A stretch of 64,000 nucleotides of DNA from NCBI GenBank assembly GCA_964106645.2, contig OZ067039.1. One strand, written 5' to 3'. How positions within the stretch are numbered: the stretch's first letter is position 1; the number at the start of each line of letters is the position of its first letter. The notes under the pieces were generated by a model that worked only from the letters and a program-made list of their open reading frames with translations, was not told the origin of the DNA and made no database searches. Both the position numbers and the translations under genes were made by a program. Shown piece after piece: positions 1 through 12,143 of the stretch. Source of the DNA: Podarcis pityusensis. Lineage: Eukaryota.

Positions 1-20
1 TGTCACATGCCACCTAACTA

Positions 21-511
21 CCGTATGCACTCATGTATAAGCTGACTTTTTCAGCACATTTTTTATGCTGAAAAAGCCCCCCTTGGCTTATACTCGAATG
101 AGGGTCCCACCTGAGCGCATTTTCAGCAAGCCCTCGTCGGAGCAAGCGGTTTGCTGCCGCCTCTCGTGCTGCCACTGCTCTGCCAAGCACGGCTCCTGTG
201 CCTGCCCTTGCGAGCGGCAGAGGCTGTTGGTGGTGGAGGAGGAGGAATGAGCAGCCTGAAAGCAGCCCTTTTGGGCTGCTCGTTCTTCCTCCGACGCTGC
301 TGCCACCAGCCTCTGCCTCTCGGCAGCACCCTAGGGAGGCAGAGAGACTGGAGGGGCTGGGGGAGAGAGAGAAGCCGCTCTCCGGCCCACTAGGAGGTTT
401 GTGGTGTGGTGAACCGGCTTATACTCGAGTCAATAAGTTTTCCCAGTTTTTTGTGGTAAAATTAGGTGCCTCGGCTTATATTCAGGTCGGCTTTTACTTG
501 AGTATATACGG
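21..511. mobile_element. Non-autonomous Tc1/mariner-pogo MITE
   Basis: TA|CCGTATGCACTCATGTATAAGCTGAC ... GTCGGCTTTTACTTGAGTATATACGG|TA; imperfect TIRs, TA TSD, GC-rich interior. Confidence 0.8.
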
Positions 512-790
512 TAATTGATTAGACCAATTGTAATTTGACAAAAGAGGAAGCAGAATATTTTGTGAGGCAGACCAACTTGAAGTTTGTTCCCAGAAATATG
601 TATGTTCTGCTTTGTCTCTCTTGGTAAGGCAAAGGTTTGCATCGGTGTTGGTTTGTATGTCCAAGGACCTTCTTTTCTATGCTTCCCTTTTCATCACAGC
701 TTAGCAAGAGTTGCACATTGACCACCCCATATGTGTATTTCAGATTAACAATAATAAAACATGTCTTGCTTACTGCTTTTTTATTCTTAG

Positions 791-910
791 GGTGACTGTT
801 GGATCTGTATGGAGCTCATGTCTACCTCGTTTGATAAATTTTACAAATATGTATATAGTGTATTAGATGACGTTATTCCAGAAGAAATTCTAGGCAAAAT
901 CACTTTAGCT
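791..910 (+). CDS. MAP2K4: MAP2K4 coding exon (human exon 5 equivalent), kinase hinge region
   Basis: ttcttag|GGTGAC...TTAGCT|gtaagt; 120 nt; GDCWICMELMSTSFDKFYKYVYSVLDDVIPEEILGKITLA. Confidence 0.97.
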
Positions 911-1518
911 GTAAGTATTCTTTCTATTCTCACTGCTGCCTTTTTTGTGTGTGCACACTTCTGCTTAGATTTTCAAATCCAGGATCTAGGCGGGAGATGA
1001 TTTGACTTATTTAGGCTTGTTGCTGTGAAACCTAATGGTTTACCATATACTGCTCAGTCTCTGCCAGGGCGGCTTCAGAATTTTTTTTTCTTCTGGTGGT
1101 GGAGGGGCACAGAAAGTACAAAATATACTTCTAGGTGGGTGGGTTGTGTCTCACATGCTAAGATCTCTGAAAGAAAAATAGCAGTATATGCCAATGACAG
1201 GAGTCCAGCAACGGGGAGGCAAGAGTGGGGGTGAGCTCCTTGGTTGGGGAGTGCACTGCCCCCTATCCCAGCACCACCCATGGCCCCTGCTAGCACAAGC
1301 GGGAAACAAACCATGGTCTTACACAACCATTTCTATCACATTTTGTTTGCATTAACTACACTGTAACATGGTATAGCTATTAAATGTTTAAAGGGATGCG
1401 TCTGCATTTCTGCCTTATAAGCTGTCTGAGATGCATCTTAAATTGTTTGGCTTTGGATTGTGTAATAGGAGGCATTTTATTATTTTTGTTCTCAATAAAA
1501 TTTCTCTTTCTCTCCTAG

Positions 1519-1570
1519 ACTGTGAAAGCACTAAACCACTTAAAAGAAAACTTGAAAATCATTCACAGAG
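1519..1570 (+). CDS. MAP2K4: MAP2K4 coding exon (exon 6 equivalent)
   Basis: ctcctag|ACTGTG...CACAGAG|gtaggc; 52 nt; TVKALNHLKENLKIIHR(D). Confidence 0.97.
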
Positions 1571-2259
1571 GTAGGCTTTTCTGGATTTGTCTTTCTTACT
1601 GTGTGGTATGCCTGTCACACGCAGTTCTTCCTGAGCATGCCTGTAGATTATGCAAAATACATTTGTGAGCCGACTATTTGGGGTATTCCACATGATCATT
1701 TTATGTTTCACTATGTCCGTGTGAGTTTTGGTTCTCTTGGGCTACCAGTTGGAGGCTGACATTAGGACAGAGCCAATTGACAACACTCATTGGGTGTTAC
1801 AATTTTTAAGTCACAAGTTTCTGTGTGCAGAACAGGGTCATAGTCCTATGGGAGGGGGTTTCTCCCATTTAAGTCTCTCACACACCAAAGCTGCTGCCAT
1901 TGGTTGGTTGGTTGCTTGGCTGGCTGAGGTGCCTAGTTTGTTACTCCTTAACAAGCCAGGATTTGTAAGCCAACAACAAACCATGGTTTAAGGCTGGCTA
2001 GTGATCCTGGTTTGTAAGGGAGCAACAAACCAAGATCCTGAGCGGATATCATGGGAAGCAAGCTCGAATCCAGGTTCCTGATTTATTTCTCCTGTTAATT
2101 CCAGAGGGGGAGTGACTCTAGTTTCTGTGACATGCAGTTGCTGTCTTTAGTCGTAACTTTGTGTCTGACGCTATGTAACTTTCAGCAGTTAGAAGCTGAA
2201 GTGCTTTGGTTGCAGCTTATCTGCTTAAATATGTTTCTGTTTGCCCACATCTGTTGCAG

Positions 2260-2387
2260 ATATTAAACCTTCCAATATTCTTCTGGACAGAAACGGAAAT
2301 ATTAAACTCTGTGATTTCGGCATTAGTGGACAACTTGTAGACTCCATTGCCAAGACCAGAGATGCTGGCTGCCGGCCCTACATGGCA
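2260..2387 (+). CDS. MAP2K4: MAP2K4 coding exon (exon 7 equivalent): catalytic loop, DFG and SIAKT activation loop
   Basis: gttgcag|ATATTAAA...ATGGCA|gtaagt; 128 nt; (D)[42 protein letters not shown]. Confidence 0.98.
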
Positions 2388-3933
2388 GTAAGTGGGATTT
2401 GAAAACTTATATGTGATGGGTGAGGTGCGAATAGAAATGGAATCCTTTCTTTTACTTGCTTTGTTGTAAAGGCAGAAGGTAAATATTTTGTACATGAATG
2501 GCTGAGGTTGAAATCATTCTTCAGCTTCACAAGCTAAAACTTAGATGAAGTTAGCTTGATGTGAGGCTTCTCCAGCTTAATCTTAGTACATTACATCACT
2601 GCACACCCAAGGTGTGAACAGCTTTTCTTGCAGTAATCAAATCTCTTTCATGCTTTAGTAACCTGGTCCCTCTACTGGTGAAGGTATTGGAAGCATCCAT
2701 TTTCTATGTGTTTGCATTTAGATGGTCATTTGTAGGAGGAATCTGTAATGAGCTAGTAAAACCCTGTGGCTCCTACCAGAGCTTTTCCTGGGAAGAAGAG
2801 GCTCGGGAACAGAGTGAGGACATTTTGGGCCATGATGGTTACCATACAAAGGTGCAGGGAAACGGGGAACATACAGTTCAGTGAAATTCCTTTTGAGTAA
2901 ATTAAGTCTGAGAATTGCTTAGTAACATTCTGATGAGGATGTTGGTGCCTTGTGGTAGCACGGATCAATAAAATACAGCTTTAGTTCCCAAATGTGGCAG
3001 AATAATTGACTAGTCTAAGAGGGATGCCCCCTATTGCCATTTAAATAACAGACATATGGTTACACAAGATTTCCAAAAATACAGATTCTTTTGCCATTTG
3101 TTCTTAGTTGGATGTGTTAGTTTTTTTAAGGAGAAGTGATGCCAGATTCAAAGCCACAGATAACAGGGAAACAAAGCATATTCTTTCAGAAATACTGGCC
3201 CCAGCCAAGTGAGACTAATACACTTGAGTTGTGACATTAATAGCAGATGCTTTTGCCAAGCAGAACCAGATTGAACAAAAGTGCTGCAAAAGATTGAATG
3301 GTTCAGTACAATCCTAACAATACAACATCATAAAATGCACAAATAAAATAAGAGGGTAATTTTATATAGAATAATATCTAGACTTTAGGCACCTGAAACA
3401 TTGAAATACGTTTAATACTTCACCGTGATGAAACTTGTATATAATAATTGTCCATGGCTTCCAAGCGGGAACCATGGGATCTAATTATCCTGAGAAGACT
3501 CATATTAAGGGCTTTCAGTTCAGTCTCCAGATTCAGTACTTTGGAAAACAGTCCGCCTCAGTCAAAGATGCTTAAGGGGCTGCCTAATTTGGCTCAGTGT
3601 TTATCCAAGTCCAATTCCTTCCTACCCCTTCACTAGTGAGAAATCAAAAATTTCAGAAGGATAGCTGCAGTGATTTCCCCTCAAGGCCAGTCTTTGCAGT
3701 TTTGGGGTGGGTAAAAAAGGAATCTCTTAAATCTCCCCTAATGTTTGCTTCATTTGCATAATTCATACCCTGTTGCAGGATTCTGATTTGCTTTAAATAG
3801 AGTACATGCAGCCCTGCATTAGGATTAGGATCATGGAAGGGACAGTTGGTGTTAAATGAATCCTTCTCCATATCCCACTTCAGTAAATTCTTGCCTTTTT
3901 CTTATATAACTGATATTCTTCCTCTAATTTCAG

Positions 3934-4011
3934 CCAGAGAGGATAGACCCCAGTGCATCCAGGCAAGGATATGATGTCCGCTCGGATGTCTGGAGCTTAG
4001 GGATTACATTG
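3934..4011 (+). CDS. MAP2K4: MAP2K4 coding exon (exon 8 equivalent)
   Basis: atttcag|CCAGAG...ACATTG|gtaagt; 78 nt; PERIDPSASRQGYDVRSDVWSLGITL. Confidence 0.97.
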
Positions 4012-4633
4012 GTAAGTGAGAAATGCTAAGGGCTTTGCATGCTGCTGGAGATAAAACCCTAAAGCAGCTTGTGAAGCAGCTTTAGGAGAAGTAAAAGCTA
4101 AACTGGCATTACTCTTGTGAACATGTACGCTGTGATAGGGCCTGCATTGCCTCCCTGAATAACAGACCTGGCTCAGCTTTCCTCTGCTACGCAGTTTGGC
4201 TTCCGTGGCTACTTTTTATCAGCAGTGACTTTACTCTGTTACTAGGGGGCAGCAATGCATGCTAAATCTCAAAAGAACCATGCTTTAAGCTAGGAAATCT
4301 GTTCCTTGCTGCCCCTTTAGAGCCAGTGTAAGCCCAGCCTTCCTAGGTTTGGACCACTGAAGAAAGCAAACTTAGTAGGAGTGGAGAAGAGTGTATTGAA
4401 GCAGAAAGGTAGAAACCAAGGGTTTGGTCTAATCAGAGACAATTCCAGATTCGAAGGGGCTGGCACCCTCTCTGGGCACATACACCCTTAGCATTAGCCT
4501 AGTAGTCACCCCCAAAGTGGAGCTGACTAGGGGTGGGGACAGGTGGCAATGGTATCGAAGGGGGAAACCAGGAACTCCCGCAACCACCTCCTTCATTTCC
4601 CTGGAATGCCTCTGGGCCCTGCCCTAGCATGTA

Positions 4634-4874
4634 CAGTGGACGCTCGGGTTGCGAATGTGATCCATGCGGGAAGCACGTTCGCAACCCGCAGCATCCGCAA
4701 CCCGCAGCGCTGCATCTGCACACGTAGAAGTTGCAATTTGGTGCTTCTGCACATGTGCAAAGCATGATTTAGTGCTTCTGCGCAAGCACTGAAACCCAGA
4801 AGTAACCTGTTCTGGTACTTCCGGTTTTGGCGCAGTGCATAACCCAAAGCTTCTGTAACCCGAGGTATGACTAG
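4634..4874. mobile_element. Tc1/mariner-pogo (Tigger-like) MITE
   Basis: TA|CAGTGGACGCTCGGGTTGCG ... AACCCGAGGTATGACTAG|TA; related to the element at 14688 but in the opposite orientation. Confidence 0.7.
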
Positions 4875-5613
4875 TATGTTTATGAGGAATGGGTAGACAT
4901 TGTTTCCACTGCTTTTTTTATGGGAAGGTTGAGGTCCGTCAACCGGAGACAAATGCAAAATAGGGGCTTGGGTTAATGCAGAACACACACACACTATTAT
5001 TTCATGTGTTTTAAAGGTCAAGTGCTTGCCTGCTGTTTTGTGAACATTTTAAATTTAATTGAAGCAGCTGGTAAGTTGCCCACTCTGTCTCCCCAGCAAT
5101 TGCCTGCACACCTCGTATGATTCTTCTTCTTTTTAACAAAAGAAGTGGAAAGCATTGCAGCTGTTCTACAGCAGCAAGATAGAATTTCTCCCCTATCTGT
5201 GGAAAGCAGACTTGTGGGCTTTTCACAAATGGTAAAGTGTGTTTAAGGGGCTCTTCATCTGAATACATCCAGCTGCAAAGACAAGGAAAAAAAGAATGTT
5301 TGTGGGGAGCAGGGGGGATTAGGATGCAGAGGGTTGAGCTCTTTTAAGTTGCTACTATGTCTGGGAATCTCTTTTGAGTACCGGAACTATTATTTCTCAG
5401 GTACAAGCCATCTCCTGCTTTCCCCCAAGCTTTCTTGATTTCAGCTGGCTAATTTGGGAGGGTTGCTATTGTTAAATCATAAGGAGTTGGAAACCGTGCA
5501 CAGACCTTCTGCTGGTGGGGCTTGTTTGGAGAATCCTCGCTCCCACCCTCCTGCCCCCATGAACTTTACAATGGCTAATCTAGCCCATGTTGTTCCTTTT
5601 TCTTTTGGTGTAG

Positions 5614-5762
5614 TATGAACTGGCCACAGGACGGTTCCCCTATCCCAAATGGAATAGTGTATTTGATCAACTGACACAAGTAGTCAAAGGAGACCCACCA
5701 CAGCTGAGTAACTCAGAGGAACGGGAGTTCTCCCAAAGTTTTATCAACTTTGTCAACTTGTG
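5614..5762 (+). CDS. MAP2K4: MAP2K4 coding exon (exon 9 equivalent)
   Basis: ggtgtag|TATGAA...TTGTG|gtgagt; 149 nt; YELATGRFPYPKWNSVFDQLTQVVKGDPPQLSNSEEREFSQSFINFVNL(C). Confidence 0.97.
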
Positions 5763-6681
5763 GTGAGTATGCCTCGCTCTGGGGCTCTTCAGGGCATTAG
5801 TAAGTGGTTCTGGCTCAGGCTTCCAACTCTGTCCCTCAGCAACTTGCATGTGGCAGCAACATCCAAGAGTATTCATGTTGCTGGAAATGGTGCATTTTTC
5901 CTCCACTGAGGATGAAAGTGGGTTGGGTGGAGAAAGCTGCAGTATGAAGAGCCACTTGCAAGCCTTAAATTAATGCCACATTTCCTGCATGTGTGATGGA
6001 AGTGGTGGCTTGGAGAGATTTAGACATGTCCTTCCCTAGTTGAGTTGCCACTCAACGTGAAGGCAACGCAGATCTTCCTTACTGACTTCTCACATTTGAC
6101 AAATAGCACTGGGATGGTAGGGAGGCCTTTCCTCAGGCTGTGTCTGTAGCAAGACCTTTTGTAGCCCCTAATTACATATTGGAGATCCGTTTGTTGTTGC
6201 CTCCTCGATATATGATAGAGGGAGCAGCGATTGCATCAAATAGAGTGCACACTGTAAACTGCAGAATATATCTTTGTAGTGCCTCCTGCTGGGAGTTTGC
6301 CTACCTGCAGGTTTGTAGCTGTGATATTTTAAATGAATGTTGATAAGCTGTGTTTGCCTCATTGCAGCACAATTATTACATTGTCCTGTGGATAAAACGA
6401 AGTGGATCTGAGTCGGTTGCTCTTGTTACATTTAGCACACCAGAATGGGCTAAGGAAGCGTTATGTGAGCAACTTAACATCGTTTAGTATATTAGTGGTG
6501 ATTTGGAGCCTTGCAGGAGCTAGAATAGTTAAAGATACCTTTAAGATGAAACAGTTGCCTTTGAGGCTATAATCACACAAAAGAGAAAGCGGAGGAGTGG
6601 TATTTAAAGGAGAATGATCAATGTACATTTTACAAACTGATTAAAGCAAGACAGTGGCTTCAAATTCACTACAGTGTTGAT

Positions 6682-6716
6682 GTGCTGCCACCTGTTGGTT
6701 TGACATTTTTCTGCAG
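6682..6716 (-). promoter_or_regulatory. CTCF-like site with upstream module in a MAP2K4 intron
   Basis: The minus strand reads CTGCAG-aaaaatgtcaaa-CCAACAGGTGGCAGCA: a near-consensus core with TGCAG 12 nt upstream. Confidence 0.55.
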
Positions 6717-7623
6717 TGTTTTTAAAATGCAGTTAATTAGCCTCTTGAGCTGATTTCTTAGAGGCAAATGGGCAGGACCAGACTGTCTTTAGTTCAGTGA
6801 TGTGCTTTCCTCCTTAGAAAGGTGGGGAGCAGGTTTTGTGTTAAGTAGACAAGGCCCTTGAAAAGCAACTGTGGCATTTTCCTCTCTGCTGAGCTCTCTA
6901 TATTCATTTATGGCTGTTTATGGTAGTGCAAGAAGGATCTTTTTTAAGAATCCCCCTGTGTTTGTTTATGAAGGGTTAATTTCATGCTGCACAGGTCTTG
7001 AGAAAGAAGGAAAAGGAAACTTCCCTGATGCCAGGAAGTTGTTGAAAGGCTGTGTACTTCCTGCATTCAGAATTTTAAAACAATGGAGTGAGAGACGTAT
7101 TGATAGGTTGCAGACTTCAGAGTGCTTCTGGTTATATTGCAGCATTTTCTTGGTTACCTGCAGACCAAGAACAGTCCTGGGATTCCCAATACCTACAACA
7201 TACTCTGAACCTAATAGGCAATACAAAGGTGAAAATACAGTGTCCAGGGCTTCTGCATAGTTTGGTAGAAAGAGGAATTTCAATAGTGCATCTTGTCTTG
7301 CGTGGCTCATCTGCTGAAATTCCCACTCCTATACAGCTTGCAGAAGCCCTGTCCTCTTTTTAAAATTTATTTCTTTACCTGATTGCCCTGGGTGAAAGAG
7401 AAGGCAGGTCACTATCACTGTATGAGTTGGTTTTATAGCCACAGCCTTTGGACAGAGAGGTGACTTAAATGACCATTAATGATCACCATCATCCATATAG
7501 GTGCATTCATGCGATAGAATTGCAGACTCTGACAGTGTGCAGTGTCTTAACTGCCCAACACTTAATTTCAGATGTTTTTCTGCTAATGTTCTGTCACCCT
7601 AATCCTCTTACTGATCTTTTTAG

Positions 7624-7669
7624 CCTTACAAAGGACGAGTCCAAAAGGCCAAAGTATAAGGAGCTTCTG
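7624..7669 (+). CDS. MAP2K4: MAP2K4 coding exon (exon 10 equivalent)
   Basis: ctttttag|CCTTAC...CTTCTG|gtgagt; 46 nt; (C)LTKDESKRPKYKELL. Confidence 0.96.
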
Positions 7670-7759
7670 GTGAGTATGATGGGATATGTGAATGCATGAG
7701 ACTAGAACTGGCTAAGACTTTAAGGACTTTAAAGACTTTTAACTCTTTTGAAGCTTGGT

Positions 7760-7832
7760 ATTATTATTATTATTATTATTATACCCCACCCATCTGACTG
7801 GGTTGCCCCAGCCACTCTGGGCAGCTTCCAAC
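7760..7832 (-). mobile_element. L2-like 3' end with an (AAT)n tail
   Basis: (TTA)n ATACCCCACCCATCTGACTGGGTTGCCCCAGCCACTCTGGGCAGCTTCCA; an L2-type tail with a short tandem repeat also occurs at 63810-63868. Confidence 0.5.
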
Positions 7833-8340
7833 AGATATTATTAGGCATTCTGTAACAGCACCCATTGCTATTCCCATTTTGTGAGATATGAGCTGCATTC
7901 TACCTGTTTAGTGCAAACAGTGAGGCTGGGCTTGCTATTTTGTCTTTTGCTGTGGTGAGCAATGAAGCAAGCCCACATTTAGTTCATTCAGGGGTTGTGT
8001 TGTGTATCTAGAGAATTAAAGTTTTTTTGCAATTGCACAACATATTTAATTGGTATAATTAAAATTTGATTTTGGGATTTGTCTGCTTCACCAATTATCC
8101 ATTTCCTCCCAAACGTAAGGCCAAGGGATGTACTGTACCCCACCTGCCTTCTCTGTGTGTATATGCCCATGTTGATGCTTGGACCCCTTCTACTGAATCT
8201 TGTGAGTTGGTACCTCAGCGCAGCAACTCATAACACCTGTTAAGTTGCATGGAAGTACCTTTGGGAGCTCACACGTCTTCTGGAGACACCTTCTGTGCTC
8301 CAAAAGTGAGACTATATTTTGTTCCCTTCTCTTCTACCAG

Positions 8341-8454
8341 AAACATCCCTTCATCCTAATGTATGAGGAGCGAACAGTGGACGTTGCGTGCTATGTTTGT
8401 AAAATCCTGGATCAAATGCCAACGACTCCGAGCTCTCCAATGTATGTCGATTGA
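8341..8454 (+). CDS. MAP2K4: MAP2K4 last coding exon with stop codon (C-terminal DVD docking region)
   Basis: ctaccag|AAACAT...GTCGAT TGA; KHPFILMYEERTVDVACYVCKILDQMPTTPSSPMYVD*. Confidence 0.97.
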   Translation, partial: KHPFILMYEERTVDVACYVCKILDQMPTTPSSPMYVD

Positions 8455-11400
8455 TACTGCTGCTACATCAAAACTCTAGTGCAAATGCTGAGAAAAAGCA
8501 AGATGTACAGAATCTCCACCCCGTATTGCAGTGTTTTAACGCTCGCCCAGACACCATGTGCAATAATGTTGGTGTTTTTCTTCCATTCTGTCTGTATATT
8601 ATTGTCACTTATAAAGTGCATCCATGTAATAATACCTGATCACAGTGTTAGTGTCAGTCAAAGAGAGACCTCATTTTGCTCTTTTTGTGGACATATTCAT
8701 AAAACGTGGAAATAAGTAACATTTTATTTGTTGACCATGATTGGATAGCACCTAAAGTTAATTTCTAGACTCAGAGACTTCTCAGCAGCTACTGGAATAA
8801 TTTTATTCTCTCAAACTCTTCCAATTGTTACAGATAATATAAAAGAAAGAAAGTTAGGCATTGGCCTATCTGATTCTGAACATAAACTGCTTGGGGAGAA
8901 AGAAACTTTTATGCAGCCAAATGAGCTACTTTTACCTTCTGAAGCCAACAAGGGCAAAGAGGGGATAATATATAAATATATATATAAATATATTTCTTCA
9001 CAAAGTGCAATAGATTAATTGATTTGAAATTCTGTTGCTTTTCAGTCACAGTATATGTTTTGAAGACAATTGTGGCTCAGCAGAACTTCATATTTCGGAG
9101 GGAGAAAGAAGTGATCATGTAAAATGGACTATGTCTTTACCAAAAAATAAAAATAAAAATGCATTGCATTGCATTGAAAGGAGCTAACAATTAAACTCAT
9201 GAGAGTATGAGTTTGAACTCATGGAGAATAATGTATTGTTTCATTTTCCAAGCAAGCCACTCTTCAGTAGAACTAGGTGTCCTGTAAATTGTTACCTGGT
9301 GAGATAAGACTTTTACCTGAGGAATTATTAAACTACTCAGTTGAATTTAACTGGCTTGTGACCCCTGATTTCCAACTCATGGCTAAACTTTCACCATTGA
9401 AAGGGTACGGGACAGTTCGCAGTTGTGAAGAGCTATTTTACATTGTTAATAATTATTTGTAATTTATCTCCATCAAACTTTTCATGTTTTCCAGTTGCAT
9501 AGAAACTTCCCACAGAGCTCCAGGTATGACTTGGATTTCTGATATTAACCCTCAGATCAAATAAGCTCCCCATATCCCCATCAGTTGGATAGTTGGGCTT
9601 CCAAAATCATTACAAAGAGGATGCTAAATATGTTTGCTTTCATTTTGTGGATGAATTCGTTTATTAGAAGAATTTCCTAACACAACGGTAACTAAGAGAA
9701 CTGGAATGTTAAGTTCTTAAACGCATGTGACAGAAAAAAGGAAACCCAGAGGTTATATTGCCAGACCGGGGGGTGGGGTGGGGGAGCCCTTTAAACAATT
9801 ATATTGTCATCTCAACTGCATCCAGTATGATCTTATCTTCTAAGTCACAAGGGGGAGGAAGTGGTGTTTTTTAAAATCCAAAGTTATTTGTAATCTCAGT
9901 AACTGTCACTATTTAACATGTAATACTAGAATTGTAAGAGAATTAAGCTTTACCATTGAGTGGGTCAGCGATAACAAGACCCTGTTACTATAACCAGTTA
10001 ACTTAATTTTCTCTAGTATACCAGCTGATTAATAGGATTTGGGGGCAAAAACTTGGTCAACACCATAAGAGATAATGTATTGAAATGGGAACCAGTTGGG
10101 ACCAGGGCCATTCCAAGACATTTTGCTGCCTGAGGCAAATGACAAGTGCAGAAGCTGACCAAACTGCCAGGTAAGCACCCACCACCTGAGCGGCTGTTTC
10201 ACTTGCCCAATGGTAGGCAAAGTCCCTGGTTGGGACTGTATTAATGTAGTAATTATTCATTGTAATCCACTCAGGTGGAAGATTTTCAACCTCATCCAGA
10301 TGTTCCCAAACTCTATATGCATATCTCCTGGCTTTTCCTCTTTGTGCCTGCTGGAAATTGAATAGTAATTAGAGCCCCCTTCATTTTGCATTCTATTCTC
10401 ACGTACGTTAGCAGCGCATTTCCATTCGGTCAACCGCAAATGGAGGTAGCTCCTTTTCAGGCTCAGTGGATGTCTGAGAGAAACTGACTGTTCTAGCATA
10501 TTAATCATAGATTGATATATTAAGGGTGCAGCATTTATATTACAGTATATGTTTATAAAGATGTATAGTGTTCAGAAGCTGTGAAAATAGTGTAAGAACT
10601 GTACATTGTGAGCTCTGGTTTAATTTTTTTCTTGTACCATAGAAAAAAATGTAAAGTTTATTGAGAAGCTGATGTGCAGGGGATATTGCCTTATTGTCTG
10701 TAAGTAAAATGGAGTTTGACAACATGATAGCTTCTAAGAGCTTCCAACTATTTTATCCTCTCCTGGCTTGACATCCTCTTCTATTTAAAATACTCTACAT
10801 GGAATCAAAGTGTTAATGTAATAGGTTCTCCCCCACCCCCCGCCTGCAGGTCAGTTGTAATAAATCAAGGATCCGAATATGATCTTGCTATAAGGTCAGA
10901 CATGATGATGGGGAAATCAATAAATGCAAAATGAAATTTAAAAATGCCATCTTTCTCTGGCCAAGTTTTCCTATTTATTGATGTTTGCAAGAAGGACCAA
11001 AAGGGATGGTGGGACTTTGAGGGGGTGCCCCTGAGATACAAGAGGCTCAGCTGATCCTGACCATTGTTTGACCTTTAAACAATTTTTTTACTCCCCTGAA
11101 CAAATTACTTTGTTTGCTGTCTATGCATTTTACACAGTGGTACCCCCATGCTGACTGCAAGCTTTTTAATCTAGCAGAGCTTCCATCAGTAGAATGGGGA
11201 GGGGTGTGCTTTTTGTTATTCCCCCGCAGTCTCTTATGCCATCTCACGCACTGTTCTGAAGGGTTCCCCCAACCCTATGGAATATGTTTTGGGGGACTTC
11301 AGGTTGGAAGGAGGAATTGCCAAAAATTGCCTCTTACCCCATTCTGCTGCTGGAAGCCTTTGCTGGATCAAAGAGCTTTCTATCAGCGTATGGGAGAAAT

Positions 11401-11710
11401 CATTGGATAATATTTTTCATCTTTAGCTACTACTGTATTTGAGGTCTGACATTACCACATGAATGACCCAGTTACTTGGGTCATGCATGGCGTATAACAC
11501 TTGTGCATCCTAGATTTGAATTTGCCTTTTGGGCAACAGCATCACGTTGCTGATTTATGTTATATTTGTAATTTAACACAAAAGATATTTCTCATGAGTA
11601 GCCCTGCCCAACAAGGTAGCTGCCATTTGGGACTTTTGTTTCTTGTTCCATCTGTTTTGTATTTTTATGTTACTGGTTTCAATAAATTCATTGAAATCAT
11701 TTTGAACTAA
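8455..11710 (+). other. MAP2K4: Putative MAP2K4 3'UTR (end approximate)
   Basis: Follows the stop codon, is free of recognisable repeats and is AU-rich. AATAAA occurs at 10859, 10919 and 11681. The proximal ~300 nt resembles the mammalian MAP2K4 3'UTR as I recall it. Confidence 0.6.
11681..11686 (+). terminator. Candidate MAP2K4 poly(A) signal AATAAA
   Basis: AATAAA preceded by the U-rich tract tctgttttgtatttttatgttactggtttc; alternatives at 10859 and 10919. Confidence 0.5.
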
Positions 11711-12137
11711 ATTCTCATACGTTCTCCAGACCATTACCAGCCTCTTCCATTTCTATCATTTGGGGTGGGGGGGGAGGCATTTTTTAAAAAAAAAGATTTT
11801 ATTTTGTAGACCAGAGGGGGAAATTGCATTTTTCACTTCTACTTTAGCAGTTAAATGACAAGAAGCTGTGATATGACGTGTCTTTGAAGTTCACTGAACA
11901 AATTATTGACTTTCTGCCTAACTTTCTGCACATAGTGGCTTGTAAAGGTGAAATGAGAGATAAACTAGTCCAGGATGGCCAGGCTTTATGGATAGAGCAC
12001 TGAAGAAATCTTGGAATATCTACTATTGTTAAAGCTTGCACATGACACAATAACTGCAAAACAAGCACTCAGTGTGACATCACAGGGAGTCTTTTAATTA
12101 AGTACGGCAGTGCTGATCACAGAGGTAAGGCATTGTG

Positions 12138-12143
12138 TTTATT
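12138..12143 (-). terminator. Candidate MYOCD poly(A) signal AATAAA
   Basis: The minus strand reads cacTGTAAATAAAcacaatg (UGUA/Pumilio-type TGTAAATA overlapping AATAAA), then an ATTAAA near 12095 and a GU/U-rich tract; another AATAAA lies at 11798-11803. Confidence 0.5.

Larger units (their letters stand above)
791..8454 (+). other. MAP2K4: MAP2K4 (MKK4/SEK1) gene, 3' part: 7 coding exons (equivalent to human exons 5-11); the 5' exons lie upstream of the window
   Basis: Spliced exons read [139 protein letters not shown]...-CLTKDESKRPKYKELL-KHPFILMYEE...PSSPMYVD*. Exon sizes are 120/52/128/78/149/46/114, all AG..GT. Confidence 0.98.

Noticed and set aside
65-518. Cluster of overlapping GC-rich ORFs resembling a first exon or CpG island
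   Set aside because: All lie inside a TA-flanked MITE in a MAP2K4 intron.
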